Shown: positions 37,781-48,738, counted from the stretch's first letter. The stretch is DNA of 64,000 nt from Candidatus Nanopelagicales bacterium (GCA_037045355.1 JBAOHO010000008.1:105331-169330), one strand, 5' to 3'. Notes: a model not told the origin generated them from the sequence alone. Program-made: numbers and translations.

Positions 37781-38667
37781 GCTGGCACGACATCTCCCCG
37801 GCCACCAGGACTGCACTGGTGACTGCCGGACTCGATCCCGAACAGGTGACGACCTTGGTCGGTCGCGCGCTGGACGAGGACCTCGACGGGGGTGTCGACG
37901 TGACCACCGCGGCCACAGTCCCCGACGATCAGACCGCAGTGCTCGACCTGGTGGCACGCCAGCGGGGAGTCGTCGCAGGCGTACCGGTGGCAGCTGCGGT
38001 GTTCGAGACCGTCGGGGGCGACGACTTGACCACGACAATCGGATCGGTGGACGGCACCCGGGTCGGCCCCGGGGACGTGGTGGTGAGCGCGGCCGGTCGC
38101 ACGCGGGACCTGCTGCTGGCCGAACGCACCGCTCTCAACCTCCTGTGCCACCTGTCCGGTATCGCGACTCAGACCGATCGATGGGTGCAGGCGCTGGCGG
38201 GTACCGCAGCCAGCGTGCGGGACACCCGCAAGACGACCCCGGGTATGCGGCGTCTGGAGAAGTACGCCGTGCGCTGCGGCGGCGGCGTCAATCACCGGAT
38301 GTCGCTGTCAGACGCCGCACTCGTGAAGGACAACCACGTACTGGCCGCGGGGGGTGTCGTTCCGGCTTTCGACGCTGTGAGGCGCGACTTCCCCGGGCTG
38401 CCGATCGAGGTAGAGGTCGACTCGATCGACCAGCTCGAAGAGGTGCTCGTCGCCGGGGCCGATCTGGTGCTGCTCGACAACTTCACGACCGATCAGATGC
38501 GTCAGGCGGTGGCGATCAACGCGGGCCGGGCGCAACTCGAGGCGTCGGGGGGCTTGACCCTCGACATAGCCGCCGACGTGGGAGCCACTGGCGTGGACTA
38601 CCTGGCGGTGGGGGCGCTGACGCACAGCGCCCCGGTGCTGGACATCGGCGCGGACCTGCGGAGTTGA
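37777..38667 (+). CDS. nadC: nicotinate-nucleotide pyrophosphorylase (carboxylating)
   Basis: Contains RTALNLLCHLSGIAT, DTRKTTPG, and LVKDNH. The ATG at 37777 overlaps the nadB stop (ATGA). Confidence 0.9.
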   Translation: MSWHDISPATRTALVTAGLDPEQVTTLVGRALDEDLDGGVDVTTAATVPDDQTAVLDLVARQRGVVAGVPVAAAVFETVGGDDLTTTIGSVDGTRVGPGDVVVSAAGRTRDLLLAERTALNLLCHLSGIATQTDRWVQALAGTAASVRDTRKTTPGMRRLEKYAVRCGGGVNHRMSLSDAALVKDNHVLAAGGVVPAFDAVRRDFPGLPIEVEVDSIDQLEEVLVAGADLVLLDNFTTDQMRQAVAINAGRAQLEASGGLTLDIAADVGATGVDYLAVGALTHSAPVLDIGADLRS

Positions 38668-38668
38668 C

Positions 38669-39427
38669 ATGCTGCTGACCATCGACGTCGGAAACACCAA
38701 CACGGTCCTGGGTCTCTTCGGCGGTCCCGAGCTGATGGAGTCGTGGCGTATCAAGACCGACTCGCGAGCCACCGCCGACGAGATGCTCCTGATCTATCGA
38801 GGGTTGCTCGAGGGGCAGCCGGGTTTGACCGGGATCTCGTTGTGCTCGACGGTCCCCGCGGTGCTGCACGAGCTGCGCCTGATGCTGGACCGGTACTTCC
38901 CGCGAGTCGACACCGTGATCGTGGAACCGGGGGTACGCACGGGGGTTGCGGTGGTGACCGACAACCCGCGGGAAGTCGGCGCCGATCGCATCGTCAACAC
39001 CCTCGCTGTGTTCGAGCGGTACGGCGGACCGGCGATCGTCGTGGACTTCGGGACCTCCACCAACCTCGACGTCGTCAGCGCGAAGGGGGAATTCCTCGGC
39101 GGGGCACTCGCCCCGGGGATTCAGATCTCGTTGGACGCGTTGGCCGCCCGCGCTGCGCAACTGCGCAAAGTCGAACTGGTCCGACCTCGGTCTCCCATCG
39201 GCCGAAACACGGTCGAGGCCCTCCAATCCGGTGCGTTGTACGGGTTCGCCGGACAGGTGGACGGCTTGGTTCGTCGCATCACGGCGGAACTCGGTGCGGT
39301 CGAGGCGGTCGTGGCGACCGGTGGCCTGGCCGAGATCGTCGTGCCCGAGTCCGAGTCCATCACCCACCACGACCCGTACCTGACGTTGCACGGATTGCGG
39401 CTGGTGTTCGACCGCAATCGGGACTGA
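38669..39427 (+). CDS. coaX: type III pantothenate kinase
   Basis: Contains MLLTIDVGNTNTVLGLF, GADRIVN, and VVDFGTSTNLD. Confidence 0.92.
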   Translation: MLLTIDVGNTNTVLGLFGGPELMESWRIKTDSRATADEMLLIYRGLLEGQPGLTGISLCSTVPAVLHELRLMLDRYFPRVDTVIVEPGVRTGVAVVTDNPREVGADRIVNTLAVFERYGGPAIVVDFGTSTNLDVVSAKGEFLGGALAPGIQISLDALAARAAQLRKVELVRPRSPIGRNTVEALQSGALYGFAGQVDGLVRRITAELGAVEAVVATGGLAEIVVPESESITHHDPYLTLHGLRLVFDRNRD

Positions 39428-39470
39428 ACAGGACGGAACCGGGACTGAACGCTGCCGGTAAACTCCCGGG

Positions 39471-40997
39471 GTGACCGAACACCTGGACACGTCATCCCCA
39501 GACGAGGGCCTGCCATCCCCGGATGAGGACCTGCCCGAACAGATGCAGATCCGCCGCGACAAGCGGCAGCGCCTGCTCGACAGTGGTCGGCAGCCCTACC
39601 CCGTCACCGTTCCAGTCACTCACAGCATCGAGCAGGTCCGCGACACCTTCGACGAGGTCGCGGCGGGGCAGACCACGGGCCAGTTCGTGACAGTCGCCGG
39701 CCGCGTGCTGTTCATCCGCAACACCGGCAAACTGTGCTTTGCGAGTCTGCGCTCCGGGGCGGGCGCCGCAGTGCAGGCGATGATCTCGTTGGACCGCGTC
39801 GGGGAGCAGTCGCTCGCCGACTGGAAGCACGAGGTCGACCTGGGCGATCAGGTGTGGGTCACCGGCGAAGTGGGAGCGTCGCGGCGCGGTGAACTCAGCA
39901 TCTTCGTGACTGACTGGGGTTTCGCGGCCAAGGCACTACGTCCACTTCCCGTCGCCCACAAGTCGCTCAGCGAGGAGACCAGGGTCCGGCAACGCCATCT
40001 GGACCTGATCATGAACGAGGAGGCCCGCACAGTGGCGCGGCAGCGGATCGCGACGCTCGCCAGTCTGCGTGCGTCACTGACTTCCCGTGGGTTCCTCGAA
40101 GTCGAGACCCCGATCCTGCAGACCTTGCAGGGCGGCGCGAGCGCGCGCCCGTTCGTGACGCATATGAATGCCTATGACATCGACCTGTTCCTGCGGATCG
40201 CCCCCGAGCTCTACTTGAAGAGGTGCGTGGTGGGTGGCATCGAAAAGGTCTTCGACATCAACCGCAACTTCCGCAACGAAGGCGCGGACTCCACCCATTC
40301 CCCGGAGTTCGGGATGCTGGAGTTCTACGAGGCCTACGCCGACTACAACGACGGTGCCGCCCGCACCCGGGAACTGATCCAGGAGGCCGCTCAGGCGGTC
40401 TGTGGATCACTGACCGTGACGCACGCCGATGGCAGCGTTCACGACCTGTCCGGTGAGTGGGAGCGGATCTCGCTCTTCGACGCCGTCTCACAAGCGGTCG
40501 GGCGCCGGATCACCCCGCAGACGCCGAGGGCCGAGTTGGCGGATCTGTGCGCAGCGGCAGAGATCGACCTCGACCCCGGTTGGGTCCCGGGTCGACTGGT
40601 CGAGGAACTCTTCGAGCACTACGTCGTCCCGCAGTTCACCGGTCCGACGTTCGTGTGTGACTATCCCGTCGACACCTCCCCCTTGACCCGGGATCACCGC
40701 AGCATCCCCGGTGTCGTCGAGAAGTGGGACCTCTACGTCGGCGGATTCGAGTTGGCCACCGGGTACTCCGAACTGACCGACCCCGTCATCCAGCGCGAGA
40801 GACTGCTGGCTCAGGCCGAGTTGGGCGCGCATGGTGATGTCGAGGCCATGCCGCTGGACGAGGACTTCCTGGCGGCACTCGAGCAGGGCATGCCACCAAG
40901 CGCAGGTGTGGGACTGGGTATCGACCGCCTCCTGATGGTGCTGACCGGACTCGGTATCCGCGAGACGATCCTGTTCCCTTTGGTGAAACCGCTGTGA
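39471..40997 (+). CDS. lysS: lysine--tRNA ligase (class II)
   Basis: Contains [10 protein letters not shown] (motif 1), [22 protein letters not shown] (motif 2) and [15 protein letters not shown] (motif 3). Confidence 0.95.
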   Translation: MTEHLDTSSPDEGLPSPDEDLPEQMQIRRDKRQRLLDSGRQPYPVTVPVTHSIEQVRDTFDEVAAGQTTGQFVTVAGRVLFIRNTGKLCFASLRSGAGAAVQAMISLDRVGEQSLADWKHEVDLGDQVWVTGEVGASRRGELSIFVTDWGFAAKALRPLPVAHKSLSEETRVRQRHLDLIMNEEARTVARQRIATLASLRASLTSRGFLEVETPILQTLQGGASARPFVTHMNAYDIDLFLRIAPELYLKRCVVGGIEKVFDINRNFRNEGADSTHSPEFGMLEFYEAYADYNDGAARTRELIQEAAQAVCGSLTVTHADGSVHDLSGEWERISLFDAVSQAVGRRITPQTPRAELADLCAAAEIDLDPGWVPGRLVEELFEHYVVPQFTGPTFVCDYPVDTSPLTRDHRSIPGVVEKWDLYVGGFELATGYSELTDPVIQRERLLAQAELGAHGDVEAMPLDEDFLAALEQGMPPSAGVGLGIDRLLMVLTGLGIRETILFPLVKPL

Positions 40998-41509
40998 GCG
41001 TCGGGGCCCCTGGTGACGTCTCGCTGCGGCCTGCTCGAACCGTGGACATCGCGGAGGTCCGGCGCCTCGTCGACCTGTACGCGCCCGACAGACGCCTGCT
41101 GAGCAAGGCGACCGTGACGCTGTATGAAGATGTCCAGGAGTTTGTCGTTGCCGAACTCGGCGGCCGTGTCGTGGGGTGCGGTGCGCTGCATGTGATGTGG
41201 CAGGACCTGGCCGAGGTGCGGACCTTGGCCGTCGACCCCGACTACCTCGGAATGGGTATCGGCGGCCAACTTCTGGAGGAGTTGGTCCAACGGGGTCGAG
41301 ACCTCGGGGTATCCCGGATCTTCGTGCTGACCTTCGAGGCGCGCTTCTTCAGTCGTTTCGGATTCACCATCATGGCCGAACCTGCGGTGTCCCCCGATGT
41401 CTTCGCGGAGTTGCTGCAGTCCGAGGATGAAGGTGTCGCGGAGTTCCTCGACCTCGAACGAGTCAAACCGAACACCCTGGGCAACAACCGCATGATTCTG
41501 CGGATGTAG
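40994..41509 (+). CDS. GNAT-family amino-acid N-acetyltransferase (short ArgA-like)
   Basis: Contains [39 protein letters not shown], the acetyl-CoA-binding Q/RxxGxG/A motif. It overlaps the lysS stop. Confidence 0.75.
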   Translation: MSVGAPGDVSLRPARTVDIAEVRRLVDLYAPDRRLLSKATVTLYEDVQEFVVAELGGRVVGCGALHVMWQDLAEVRTLAVDPDYLGMGIGGQLLEELVQRGRDLGVSRIFVLTFEARFFSRFGFTIMAEPAVSPDVFAELLQSEDEGVAEFLDLERVKPNTLGNNRMILRM

Positions 41510-41510
41510 G

Positions 41511-42212
41511 TCACCGCAGCAGCCCGGCTGCCGTCAGTGCCGCACGTAGTTCACCCGGACCGACGGTTCGCGCGGCCGCCCACCCGGCAGCTTGGGCTGC
41601 CGCGACATTTACTGGGTTGTCGTCCGCGAAGAACACGGCATGCGGTGGCACCTGGAGTTCTCGGGTGACCCGGGCGAATACCTCCGGGTCAGGCTTCGCG
41701 ACACCGAGTCGGAACGAGACGAATTCCTTGTCCAGTAGTTCCGACAGGCGCATCTCCTCCCACATCAGCGGCCAGTGGATTTCGTTGGAATTGCTCAGGC
41801 ATCCGGTGGTCAGTTCCGGCCGCAAATCCGTCAAAATCCCGGCGACCTCGGGAAATACTCCCTGGGGCCACGATCGGAAAGCCTCCAGGTACTCGGGGGG
41901 CGTCAATGGCAGTTCCCATTGCGCTACCATCCGCTGCGCGAAGTCGATGGCGGTGCACTTTCCGGTCTCGAATTGTTGGACATGCGGACTGTGTATCCAC
42001 GCCTGCCACAAGTCGGCCTGCTGTCGGGCGTCTGTCGCAGTGATTCCCGGCAGTCCGGGCAGATCGACAAGGACCCCGCCCACATCGAAGAGGACAACGT
42101 CGATCGAGGCTGCCTGCCGTGGCGATCCGGGCCCTTCGTCGTGCACAGTCAGCGATTCTGGCAGAACCCGAGGAAGCAGCGTCCTGACCCGCCACCCGTG
42201 GATGCTGGTCAC
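41511..42212 (-). CDS. HAD-superfamily hydrolase
   Basis: Contains VVLFDVGGVLVD (the DxG/DxD-like motif I) and a C-terminal FFADDNPVNVAAAQAAGW (motif IV). The start is uncertain. Confidence 0.7.
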   Translation of the reverse strand: MTSIHGWRVRTLLPRVLPESLTVHDEGPGSPRQAASIDVVLFDVGGVLVDLPGLPGITATDARQQADLWQAWIHSPHVQQFETGKCTAIDFAQRMVAQWELPLTPPEYLEAFRSWPQGVFPEVAGILTDLRPELTTGCLSNSNEIHWPLMWEEMRLSELLDKEFVSFRLGVAKPDPEVFARVTRELQVPPHAVFFADDNPVNVAAAQAAGWAAARTVGPGELRAALTAAGLLR

Positions 42213-42384
42213 GCCCGGTCCTCCTCGCCCTGGGTCCTCCGGGAGCCCGATGCCGTGGGCATGGTGTGGTGGAATCGAGGAGCCCTCAGCGGAGAATCCG
42301 ATTCCCCGGGCAATTTCGGCGAATAGAGGCGGACGGCGATATCATTCGGCGAAATACACACAACGGGGACCGGCAGGAGAACAT

Positions 42385-42714
42385 ATGGCCCGCAAGGTCC
42401 AAATCGTCCTTGAGGATGACATCAACGGCGGAATCGCTGACGAAACTGTCACCTTTGCTCTGGACGGCACCACCTATGAGATCGACCTCTCCAGCAGTAA
42501 TGCCGATGAGTTGCGAAGGGCTCTGAGCCCCTACACCCGAGCTGGTCGCAAAGTCACGAAGTCACGGACCCGCCGACCTGCTCCCGGGGCTGGTGGCGGC
42601 ACCGGCAAGTCCGGTGAGGTGCGGGCCTGGGCGCGCGCCAACGGGATACCGGTGAGTGCCCGTGGCCGGGTGGGGGCAGACGTCGTCGCCCAATACGAAG
42701 CCGCTCACCGCTGA
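42385..42714 (+). CDS. lsr2: Lsr2 nucleoid-associated protein
   Basis: Contains MARKVQIVLEDDINGG...VTFALDGTTYEIDLS and a C-terminal VRAWARANGIPVSARGRV (AT-hook-like RGR). Confidence 0.92.
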   Translation: MARKVQIVLEDDINGGIADETVTFALDGTTYEIDLSSSNADELRRALSPYTRAGRKVTKSRTRRPAPGAGGGTGKSGEVRAWARANGIPVSARGRVGADVVAQYEAAHR

Positions 42715-42748
42715 GGCCCGATCCGAGAGTTCGCCCTGGGCTCCGGAT

Positions 42749-43909
42749 TCAGGCGTCCAACACCGATCGGTAGACCTCCACGGTCCGTCGCGCGATCGCG
42801 TCCCAGCCGAACTCCTCGACGGCCCGACGCCGCCCGGCGCTGCCCAAGGAACCCGCCAGAGCCGGATCGGCCGCCACCCGGTTCACCTGGGTGGCGAGGG
42901 CTGCCTCGAACGTTCCCGGGTCGTCCTCGTCGTAGTGCACGAGCAAGCCGGTGCCGTCGGTGACGACCTCGGGAATCCCACCCACGTCGCTGGCCACCAC
43001 CGCTGTCTCGCACGCCATGGCTTCGAGGTTGACGATGCCCTGCGGCTCGTAGACCGACGGACACACGAACGCTGTCGCCCGGGTGTAGAACTGCACAACC
43101 TCGGGTCGGGACAGTTGTTCTTCGATCCAGATCACGGAATCTGCCCCCCTGCTGGCTCGCAGCGCCGCCACCTGACGGGTGACTTCCTCCCCCAACTCCG
43201 GCGTGTCCGGAGATGAGGCGCACAGAACCAGCCGCAGGCCAGGGTCGAACTGCTCCGCCGCGCGCAGCAGATGCGGTAGCCCTTTCTGCCGCGTGATCCT
43301 CCCCACGAAGAGAGCGAACGGTTCATCGGGGTCCACGCCATGCGCGGTCAACGCGTCTGTTGTGTTGGCCGGGCGGTAGAAGTCAGTGTCGATGCCGTTG
43401 TGCACCACATACACGCGGTCCGGGTCGACGAATGGGTAGCAGTCCAGCACGTCGGCCTTCATGCCCGCGCTCACGGCGATGATGGCTGCCGCCTCCCGAT
43501 ACGCGGCTCGCTCGACCCAAGAGGAGATGCGGTAGCCCCCACCGAGCTGCTCCTCCTTCCACGGTCGCCGTGGCTCCAGCGAATGCGCGGTGATCACATG
43601 CGGTGCACCTTGCAGCAGCCCCGCAAGATGACCGGCCATGTTGGCGTACCAGGTGTGCGAATGCATGATGTCCATCCCGGCGCTGTCACCGGCCATCAGC
43701 AGATCAACGCCGAGCGTCTGAAGTGCGAAGTTCGCGTCACCCAACTCCGCCGGGGGGTTCCACGCCACCGCGTCGGGCCGCGGGGGTCCGAAGCACTCCA
43801 CCGTCACGTCGGCGAGCTGCCGCAGCTGCGCGACGAGGTACTCGACGTGGACTCCCGCACCACCGTAGATGTCCGGTGGCCATTCCCTGGTCATGATCCC
43901 GATATGCAC
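42749..43909 (-). CDS. glgA: GT4 glycogen synthase (actinobacterial GlgA/GlgM type)
   Basis: MHIGIMTREWPPDIYGGAGVHVEYLV closely parallels the mycobacterial GlgM N-terminus. It is divergent from glgC. Confidence 0.85.
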   Translation of the reverse strand: MHIGIMTREWPPDIYGGAGVHVEYLVAQLRQLADVTVECFGPPRPDAVAWNPPAELGDANFALQTLGVDLLMAGDSAGMDIMHSHTWYANMAGHLAGLLQGAPHVITAHSLEPRRPWKEEQLGGGYRISSWVERAAYREAAAIIAVSAGMKADVLDCYPFVDPDRVYVVHNGIDTDFYRPANTTDALTAHGVDPDEPFALFVGRITRQKGLPHLLRAAEQFDPGLRLVLCASSPDTPELGEEVTRQVAALRASRGADSVIWIEEQLSRPEVVQFYTRATAFVCPSVYEPQGIVNLEAMACETAVVASDVGGIPEVVTDGTGLLVHYDEDDPGTFEAALATQVNRVAADPALAGSLGSAGRRRAVEEFGWDAIARRTVEVYRSVLDA

Positions 43910-43989
43910 GGCAGGAGCCTATGGGGGATGGGACCCAGGTGGCGCGGCGTCGGTCGCGTTATTCGTGGCGGGGTGGATAGGGTGGTCAG

Positions 43990-45207
43990 GTGAGCCAACC
44001 TCATGTCCTGGGAATCGTGCTCGCCGGTGGCGAGGGCAAACGACTGCTCCCTTTGACCGCAGACCGAGCCAAACCCGCTGTGCCCTTCGGAGGCGCCTAT
44101 CGCCTGATCGACTTCGTACTGTCGAATCTGGTCAATGGCGGCATCCACCGGATCTGTGTGCTGACCCAGTACAAGTCGCACTCGCTCGACCGACACATCA
44201 CCACGACATGGCGCATGGGGCAGATGACCGGCGACTACGTCACCCCGGTCCCGGCGCAGCAGAGGCTCGGCCCGCGCTGGTACACCGGCAGTGCCGACGC
44301 CATCTACCAAAGCCTCAACCTGGTCTATGACGAACGGCCGGACATCGTCGTGGTTTTCGGCGCCGACAACGTCTACCGCATGGATCCCACGCAGATGATC
44401 CAACAACACATCGACACCGGGGCGGGGGTCACTGTCGCGGGGATCCCCATGCCGCGGCGTGACGCCAATCAGTTCGGCGTGATCGAGGTCGCGGATGACG
44501 GCCTCAGGATCGAGCGATTCCTCGAGAAGCCCGACGATCCCCCGGGAATCCCCGGAAATCCCGACCAGTCCTACATCTCCATGGGCAACTACGTGTTCAG
44601 CACCGACACTCTGCTGGAGGCGCTCAAGGCGGACGCCGGAGATGAGGGCTCGGTGCACGACATGGGTGGCAACATCATCCCGATGTTGACTGAGTCCGGG
44701 GACGCCTACGTGTACGACTTTCACTCCAACCGCGTCCCGGGGTCCACCGATCGCGACCATGCCTACTGGCGCGATGTGGGAACACTGGACGCGTACCACG
44801 ACGCCCACATGGACCTCGTCAGCGTGCATCCTGTGTTCAACCTCTACAACCGGCAATGGCCCATCCTGTCCAGCCCCCCATCGCTCCCGCCCGCGAAGTT
44901 CGTCGAGGGTGGCAACGCTCATGACTCGATGGTCGGGGCGGGTTCCATCATCGCCGGGGCGCACGTCCGGTCGTCCGTGGTGTCCCACAACGTCGAGATC
45001 CGCGAAGGCGCCTACGTCGAGGGCAGCGTCATCCTGCCTGGCACGCGGATCGGTCGTAACGCGGTGCTGCGCAGGGTGATCCTCGACAAGAACGTCGAAG
45101 TCCCCGATGGTGCTCAGATCGGTGTCGACCTCGAGGGCGATCGAGCCAAGTACACGGTCAGCCCCGGTGGCATCGTCGTGCTCGGCAAGGGCCAGATCGT
45201 CGTCTGA
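43990..45207 (+). CDS. glgC: glucose-1-phosphate adenylyltransferase
   Basis: Contains [40 protein letters not shown]. Confidence 0.93.
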   Translation: MSQPHVLGIVLAGGEGKRLLPLTADRAKPAVPFGGAYRLIDFVLSNLVNGGIHRICVLTQYKSHSLDRHITTTWRMGQMTGDYVTPVPAQQRLGPRWYTGSADAIYQSLNLVYDERPDIVVVFGADNVYRMDPTQMIQQHIDTGAGVTVAGIPMPRRDANQFGVIEVADDGLRIERFLEKPDDPPGIPGNPDQSYISMGNYVFSTDTLLEALKADAGDEGSVHDMGGNIIPMLTESGDAYVYDFHSNRVPGSTDRDHAYWRDVGTLDAYHDAHMDLVSVHPVFNLYNRQWPILSSPPSLPPAKFVEGGNAHDSMVGAGSIIAGAHVRSSVVSHNVEIREGAYVEGSVILPGTRIGRNAVLRRVILDKNVEVPDGAQIGVDLEGDRAKYTVSPGGIVVLGKGQIVV

Positions 45208-45273
45208 GCGCGTGTCTTCTCGCCTGGTATATGCGGCTCAGGGGGGCATAAACAGTCACCGGGCGCCGTTGGG

Positions 45274-47436
45274 ATGGCCATGAGCGAAGCCCAGATCGAC
45301 CTTGCGATCAACGGAATGAGTTGCGCCTCGTGTGCGGCCCGAATCCAGCGCAAGGTCGCCGGCATCGACGGAGTGGCCGATGCCTCGGTCAACTTCGCGA
45401 CCGGAACTGCGCTCGTCACGGTCGATCCCGAGCTCTGCGATCCCGACACGGTGGTCCGCACCATCGACGATCTGGGCTACGGCGCGGTTGTCCACGACGC
45501 TGCCACGCCACCTGGGCATGAGTCCGGACACGAGCATGATCACCACGGCGACAGCGCCGATCTCAGAGTCCGACTGTTCGTTGCGATCCCACTGACCGTG
45601 GTCGTGGTGATCCTCGGTATGGTGCCGTTCTTCCACAGTCAGATGTGGGCCGCGGTGGTGGCACTTGTCCTGTCCACTCCCGTGGTGTGGTGGAGCGGAT
45701 GGCCCATCCACGACCGCACGATCCGTGGGCTGCGGCACCGATCAGTCGGAATGGACACACTCGTCACGCTCGGAGCAGGCACCGCCTGGGTGTGGTCGGT
45801 GTTCCAGATCGCGGTCGGCGGCATGCAGGTGTACGCCGAGGTCGGTGCGGTCGTCGTCACCTTCGTCTTGCTGGGTCGATGGTTGGAGGCTCGCGCGACG
45901 GACACGTCGGTCGATGCGTTGTCGGCGCTGTCCCAACTGCAAGTGGACACCGTCCAACGGCTGGCAGCCGACGACACCGAGCAGGAGATCCCGCTGTCTC
46001 AGCTTCAGGTGGGGGACCGGTTCCTTGTGCGACCAGGGGGGCGGGTGGCCACCGACGGCAAGGTGGTGCACGGGACCTCGGCCTTGGACCTCAGCCTGGT
46101 GACCGGGGAGTCGGTTCCTGTCGAGGTCGGCCCCGGCGGTCAGGTCGTGGGTGGCTCCGTCAACGGGGCCGGCCGACTCGTGGTCGAGGCGCAGGCGGTG
46201 GGTGCCGACACCGTTCTGGCCCGCATCGGGGAACTGATCCGGCAGGCGCAGCACTCCAAGGCCCCTATCGAGCGGCTCGTCGACCGCATCGCCGGCGTGT
46301 TCGTTCCGGTGGTCCTGGTTCTCGCGCTGCTGACTCTCGCAGGGTGGTTGATCGCAGGCGCCGACCCCACCTTCGCGGTGAGTGCTGCCGTTGCTGTGCT
46401 GGTGATCGCGTGTCCGTGCGCGCTCGGTCTGGCTACCCCAACTGCCTTGGTGGCGGGTACTGGCAAGGGCGCCCAGCTGGGAATCCTGATTCGTGGACCA
46501 CAGGTCCTGGAGGCCGCTCAGGAAGTCGACACCGTCCTGCTCGACAAGACGGGGACGGTCACGAGCGGTGAGATCACCGTCGAATCCGTCACTGGTGGAA
46601 CGAGCGAGGAGCGGCTCATGGTGGCCGCCGTCGAGCGCGCGTCGGAGCACCCCATCGCGCGTGCCATCGCCACGGCCTTCGCGACCGCAGGCAGCGTCCC
46701 CGACGTCACCGAGTTCGAGGCCCGTGCCGGAGTGGGTGCCGCCGGCATCGTGCACGGCCGTCCCGTCTTGGTGGGCAAGCCCGACGCGGAGTTGCCGGCG
46801 GACCTCTCCCGTGCCGTGGCAGATGCTGCGCAGCGGGGCCTGACTCCCGTCGCGGCCACGATCGATGGTGTCCCGGTGATGGTCATCTCCGTGGGGGACT
46901 CCGTCAAGCCCAGCAGCCGCTCGGCGATCGGCCGGCTGGAGCACCTGGACCTGACTCCGGTCCTGCTCACCGGGGACCGCAGATCGACGGCGGACGCAGT
47001 GGCCGCCCAGGCTGGCATCACCGATGTCATCGCTGATGTGAGTCCCGAGGGCAAGGTGCTGGCCGTCAAGGAGCGGCAGGGAGCAGGGAATCGCGTCGCG
47101 ATGGTCGGTGACGGCATCAACGATGCGGCAGCGCTGGCGCAGTCCGATCTCGGAATCGCCATGGGGTCCGGCACGGACGCCGCCCGAGAAGCAGCCGACA
47201 TCACGATCGTCAACTCGGACCTGCAGTCGGTCGCAGACGCCATCGAACTGTCCCGCCGCACCTGGCGCACCATCAAGCAGAACCTGCTGTGGGCCTTCGG
47301 CTACAACGTTGCGGCGATTCCGCTGGCAATGAGTGGACGTCTGTCACCGATGATCGCCGGCGCGGCGATGGCCTTCAGCAGCGTGCTGGTGGTCAGCAAC
47401 TCCCTACGGCTGCGCAGGTTCCGCGCGCACCGGTGA
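45274..47436 (+). CDS. copA: copper-translocating P1B-type ATPase
   Basis: Contains an N-terminal HMA domain (GMSCASCAARI), a transmembrane CPC motif, DKTGT, and GDGINDAAAL. Confidence 0.9.
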   Translation: MAMSEAQIDLAINGMSCASCAARIQRKVAGIDGVADASVNFATGTALVTVDPELCDPDTVVRTIDDLGYGAVVHDAATPPGHESGHEHDHHGDSADLRVRLFVAIPLTVVVVILGMVPFFHSQMWAAVVALVLSTPVVWWSGWPIHDRTIRGLRHRSVGMDTLVTLGAGTAWVWSVFQIAVGGMQVYAEVGAVVVTFVLLGRWLEARATDTSVDALSALSQLQVDTVQRLAADDTEQEIPLSQLQVGDRFLVRPGGRVATDGKVVHGTSALDLSLVTGESVPVEVGPGGQVVGGSVNGAGRLVVEAQAVGADTVLARIGELIRQAQHSKAPIERLVDRIAGVFVPVVLVLALLTLAGWLIAGADPTFAVSAAVAVLVIACPCALGLATPTALVAGTGKGAQLGILIRGPQVLEAAQEVDTVLLDKTGTVTSGEITVESVTGGTSEERLMVAAVERASEHPIARAIATAFATAGSVPDVTEFEARAGVGAAGIVHGRPVLVGKPDAELPADLSRAVADAAQRGLTPVAATIDGVPVMVISVGDSVKPSSRSAIGRLEHLDLTPVLLTGDRRSTADAVAAQAGITDVIADVSPEGKVLAVKERQGAGNRVAMVGDGINDAAALAQSDLGIAMGSGTDAAREAADITIVNSDLQSVADAIELSRRTWRTIKQNLLWAFGYNVAAIPLAMSGRLSPMIAGAAMAFSSVLVVSNSLRLRRFRAHR

Positions 47437-47470
47437 GGCTGCTGGTCATCAGGCCCCACAGCGCGGACGA

Positions 47471-48313
47471 TCAGCCGTCCACACCACTGTTGAGTTCGGC
47501 CAGGTCCTTCAGGCTGTCGACGCTGACGACCTGATCGGCGGGGGGCGGGACGATGTCGGTCTCTATGCCGAAGTCGGTCATGGTGGTACTGGACATGGTC
47601 TCGACCGGCTTGCCGGCACCGATGTCGATGGTCATCTTCTGGTCGAATCGCACGATCCGGTTCTCGCTGTCGACCCACACGGTGACCTGTGACTGGCCGT
47701 CGACCTTGTCGAGGTTCTTCTCGATCTCGCTGGTCTGACCGGTGGGCAGCCCCAACTGCTCGATCGCCTTCTTCAGATCGATCGTGCCCGTGTACTTGGT
47801 GGCTTGGACGCCATCGATGTTCTCCGCGCCCACCTCTTGCAGGTCTGCGATGTCCTGCAGCATCTGCAGGCTTTGGCTCGGATCTGCTCCGCTGAGCCCG
47901 AATTCCTCGGCGGGTGCTTCGATCCACTTGTTGCCGAAGATGGGGACCTTGATGTAGCTCTTGCCGTCGACCACCGTGACCTCGATGTCGCTGCCGCCAC
48001 CGAACAAGCTCGAACTCACCCGCAGCGCCGCCTCGTCGTCGGTGAAGTTGACCACGCCGTCACCACGGATGGCGATGCCCTGGTCGGCCATTCCACCCAC
48101 AGAGGTCGTGAAGGTGACTCGGGCGCTCCCCGACGATGTCGTGCTTTGGGTGGCCTGCGCCATGAAGGCAGCCGGAGATGCGGTGACCGCCACGGAGGGA
48201 GAATCGGCGGGGGCCGGAGTGGTCGACGGCGTGGAACTGGCGGAGCACCCCGCGGCGAGGAGTCCGGCAGCCACGAAGCCCGCGGCTGCGATGAAGGGGC
48301 GGTTGGTGATCAT
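47471..48313 (-). CDS. putative lipoprotein (LppX/LprAFG- or LolA-like size and composition)
   Basis: Signal with lipobox LLAAGC, then a Ser/Thr/Pro linker, then a beta-rich domain. The family assignment is tentative. Confidence 0.55.
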   Translation of the reverse strand: MITNRPFIAAAGFVAAGLLAAGCSASSTPSTTPAPADSPSVAVTASPAAFMAQATQSTTSSGSARVTFTTSVGGMADQGIAIRGDGVVNFTDDEAALRVSSSLFGGGSDIEVTVVDGKSYIKVPIFGNKWIEAPAEEFGLSGADPSQSLQMLQDIADLQEVGAENIDGVQATKYTGTIDLKKAIEQLGLPTGQTSEIEKNLDKVDGQSQVTVWVDSENRIVRFDQKMTIDIGAGKPVETMSSTTMTDFGIETDIVPPPADQVVSVDSLKDLAELNSGVDG

Positions 48314-48407
48314 GGGGCACTCCCATCCGAAGGTTCTCCCAGGTTACGACGGTCTCCCCCCCGCGTAAGTTCCAGAACGGCATCGGCCTGACTCGGGAAA
48401 GAGTGGA

Positions 48408-48728
48408 TCACTGTCGTCGGGTCACGTGCGACATCCGTCCGTCGCCGTAGGTCTCGGTGATCTCCGCGACGACGATGTGGTAGCCGTGGTACCACCTTTG
48501 GTACTGCGCCTTGGCGCTGCGGTGACTGGCCACATCGGCGAAGGCGCGCAGACCCGCGAGGGTCTTCCAGTAGTACACGGCGTTGCGAGTGCCGCCGTCT
48601 TCTGAGACCCACGACTCCTGACCAACGTAGTCGTCGGAATCGTAGGCAGCGGCCTGGATCTCGGCGTCGAGCCGGTGGAAGTCATCGTCGTATTCGCCGG
48701 GCTGAAACATGAACGAGATCATGTACAT
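48408..48728 (-). CDS. ABM/Dabb-fold (antibiotic biosynthesis monooxygenase-like) small protein
   Basis: About 106 aa from the ATG at 48728 (GAAGGGA Shine-Dalgarno upstream), with the size and pattern of a ferredoxin-like alpha+beta barrel. Confidence 0.5.
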   Translation of the reverse strand: MYMISFMFQPGEYDDDFHRLDAEIQAAAYDSDDYVGQESWVSEDGGTRNAVYYWKTLAGLRAFADVASHRSAKAQYQRWYHGYHIVVAEITETYGDGRMSHVTRRQ

Positions 48729-48738
48729 GGCTGTCCCT

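Noticed and set aside
36164-38678. Long alternative-frame ORFs over nadB/nadC (36164..37459 minus, 36945..38678 plus)
   Set aside because: nadB and nadC motifs are unambiguous in their own frames. The alternatives are Arg/Pro/Gly-rich shadows.
45228-45250. CsoR-type operator upstream of the copper ATPase (TATATGCGGCTCAGGGGGGCATA)
   Set aside because: Only the 5-bp ends (TATGC/GCATA) are symmetric, the resemblance to known G/C-tract CsoR boxes is weak, and no csoR or copZ gene is adjacent.
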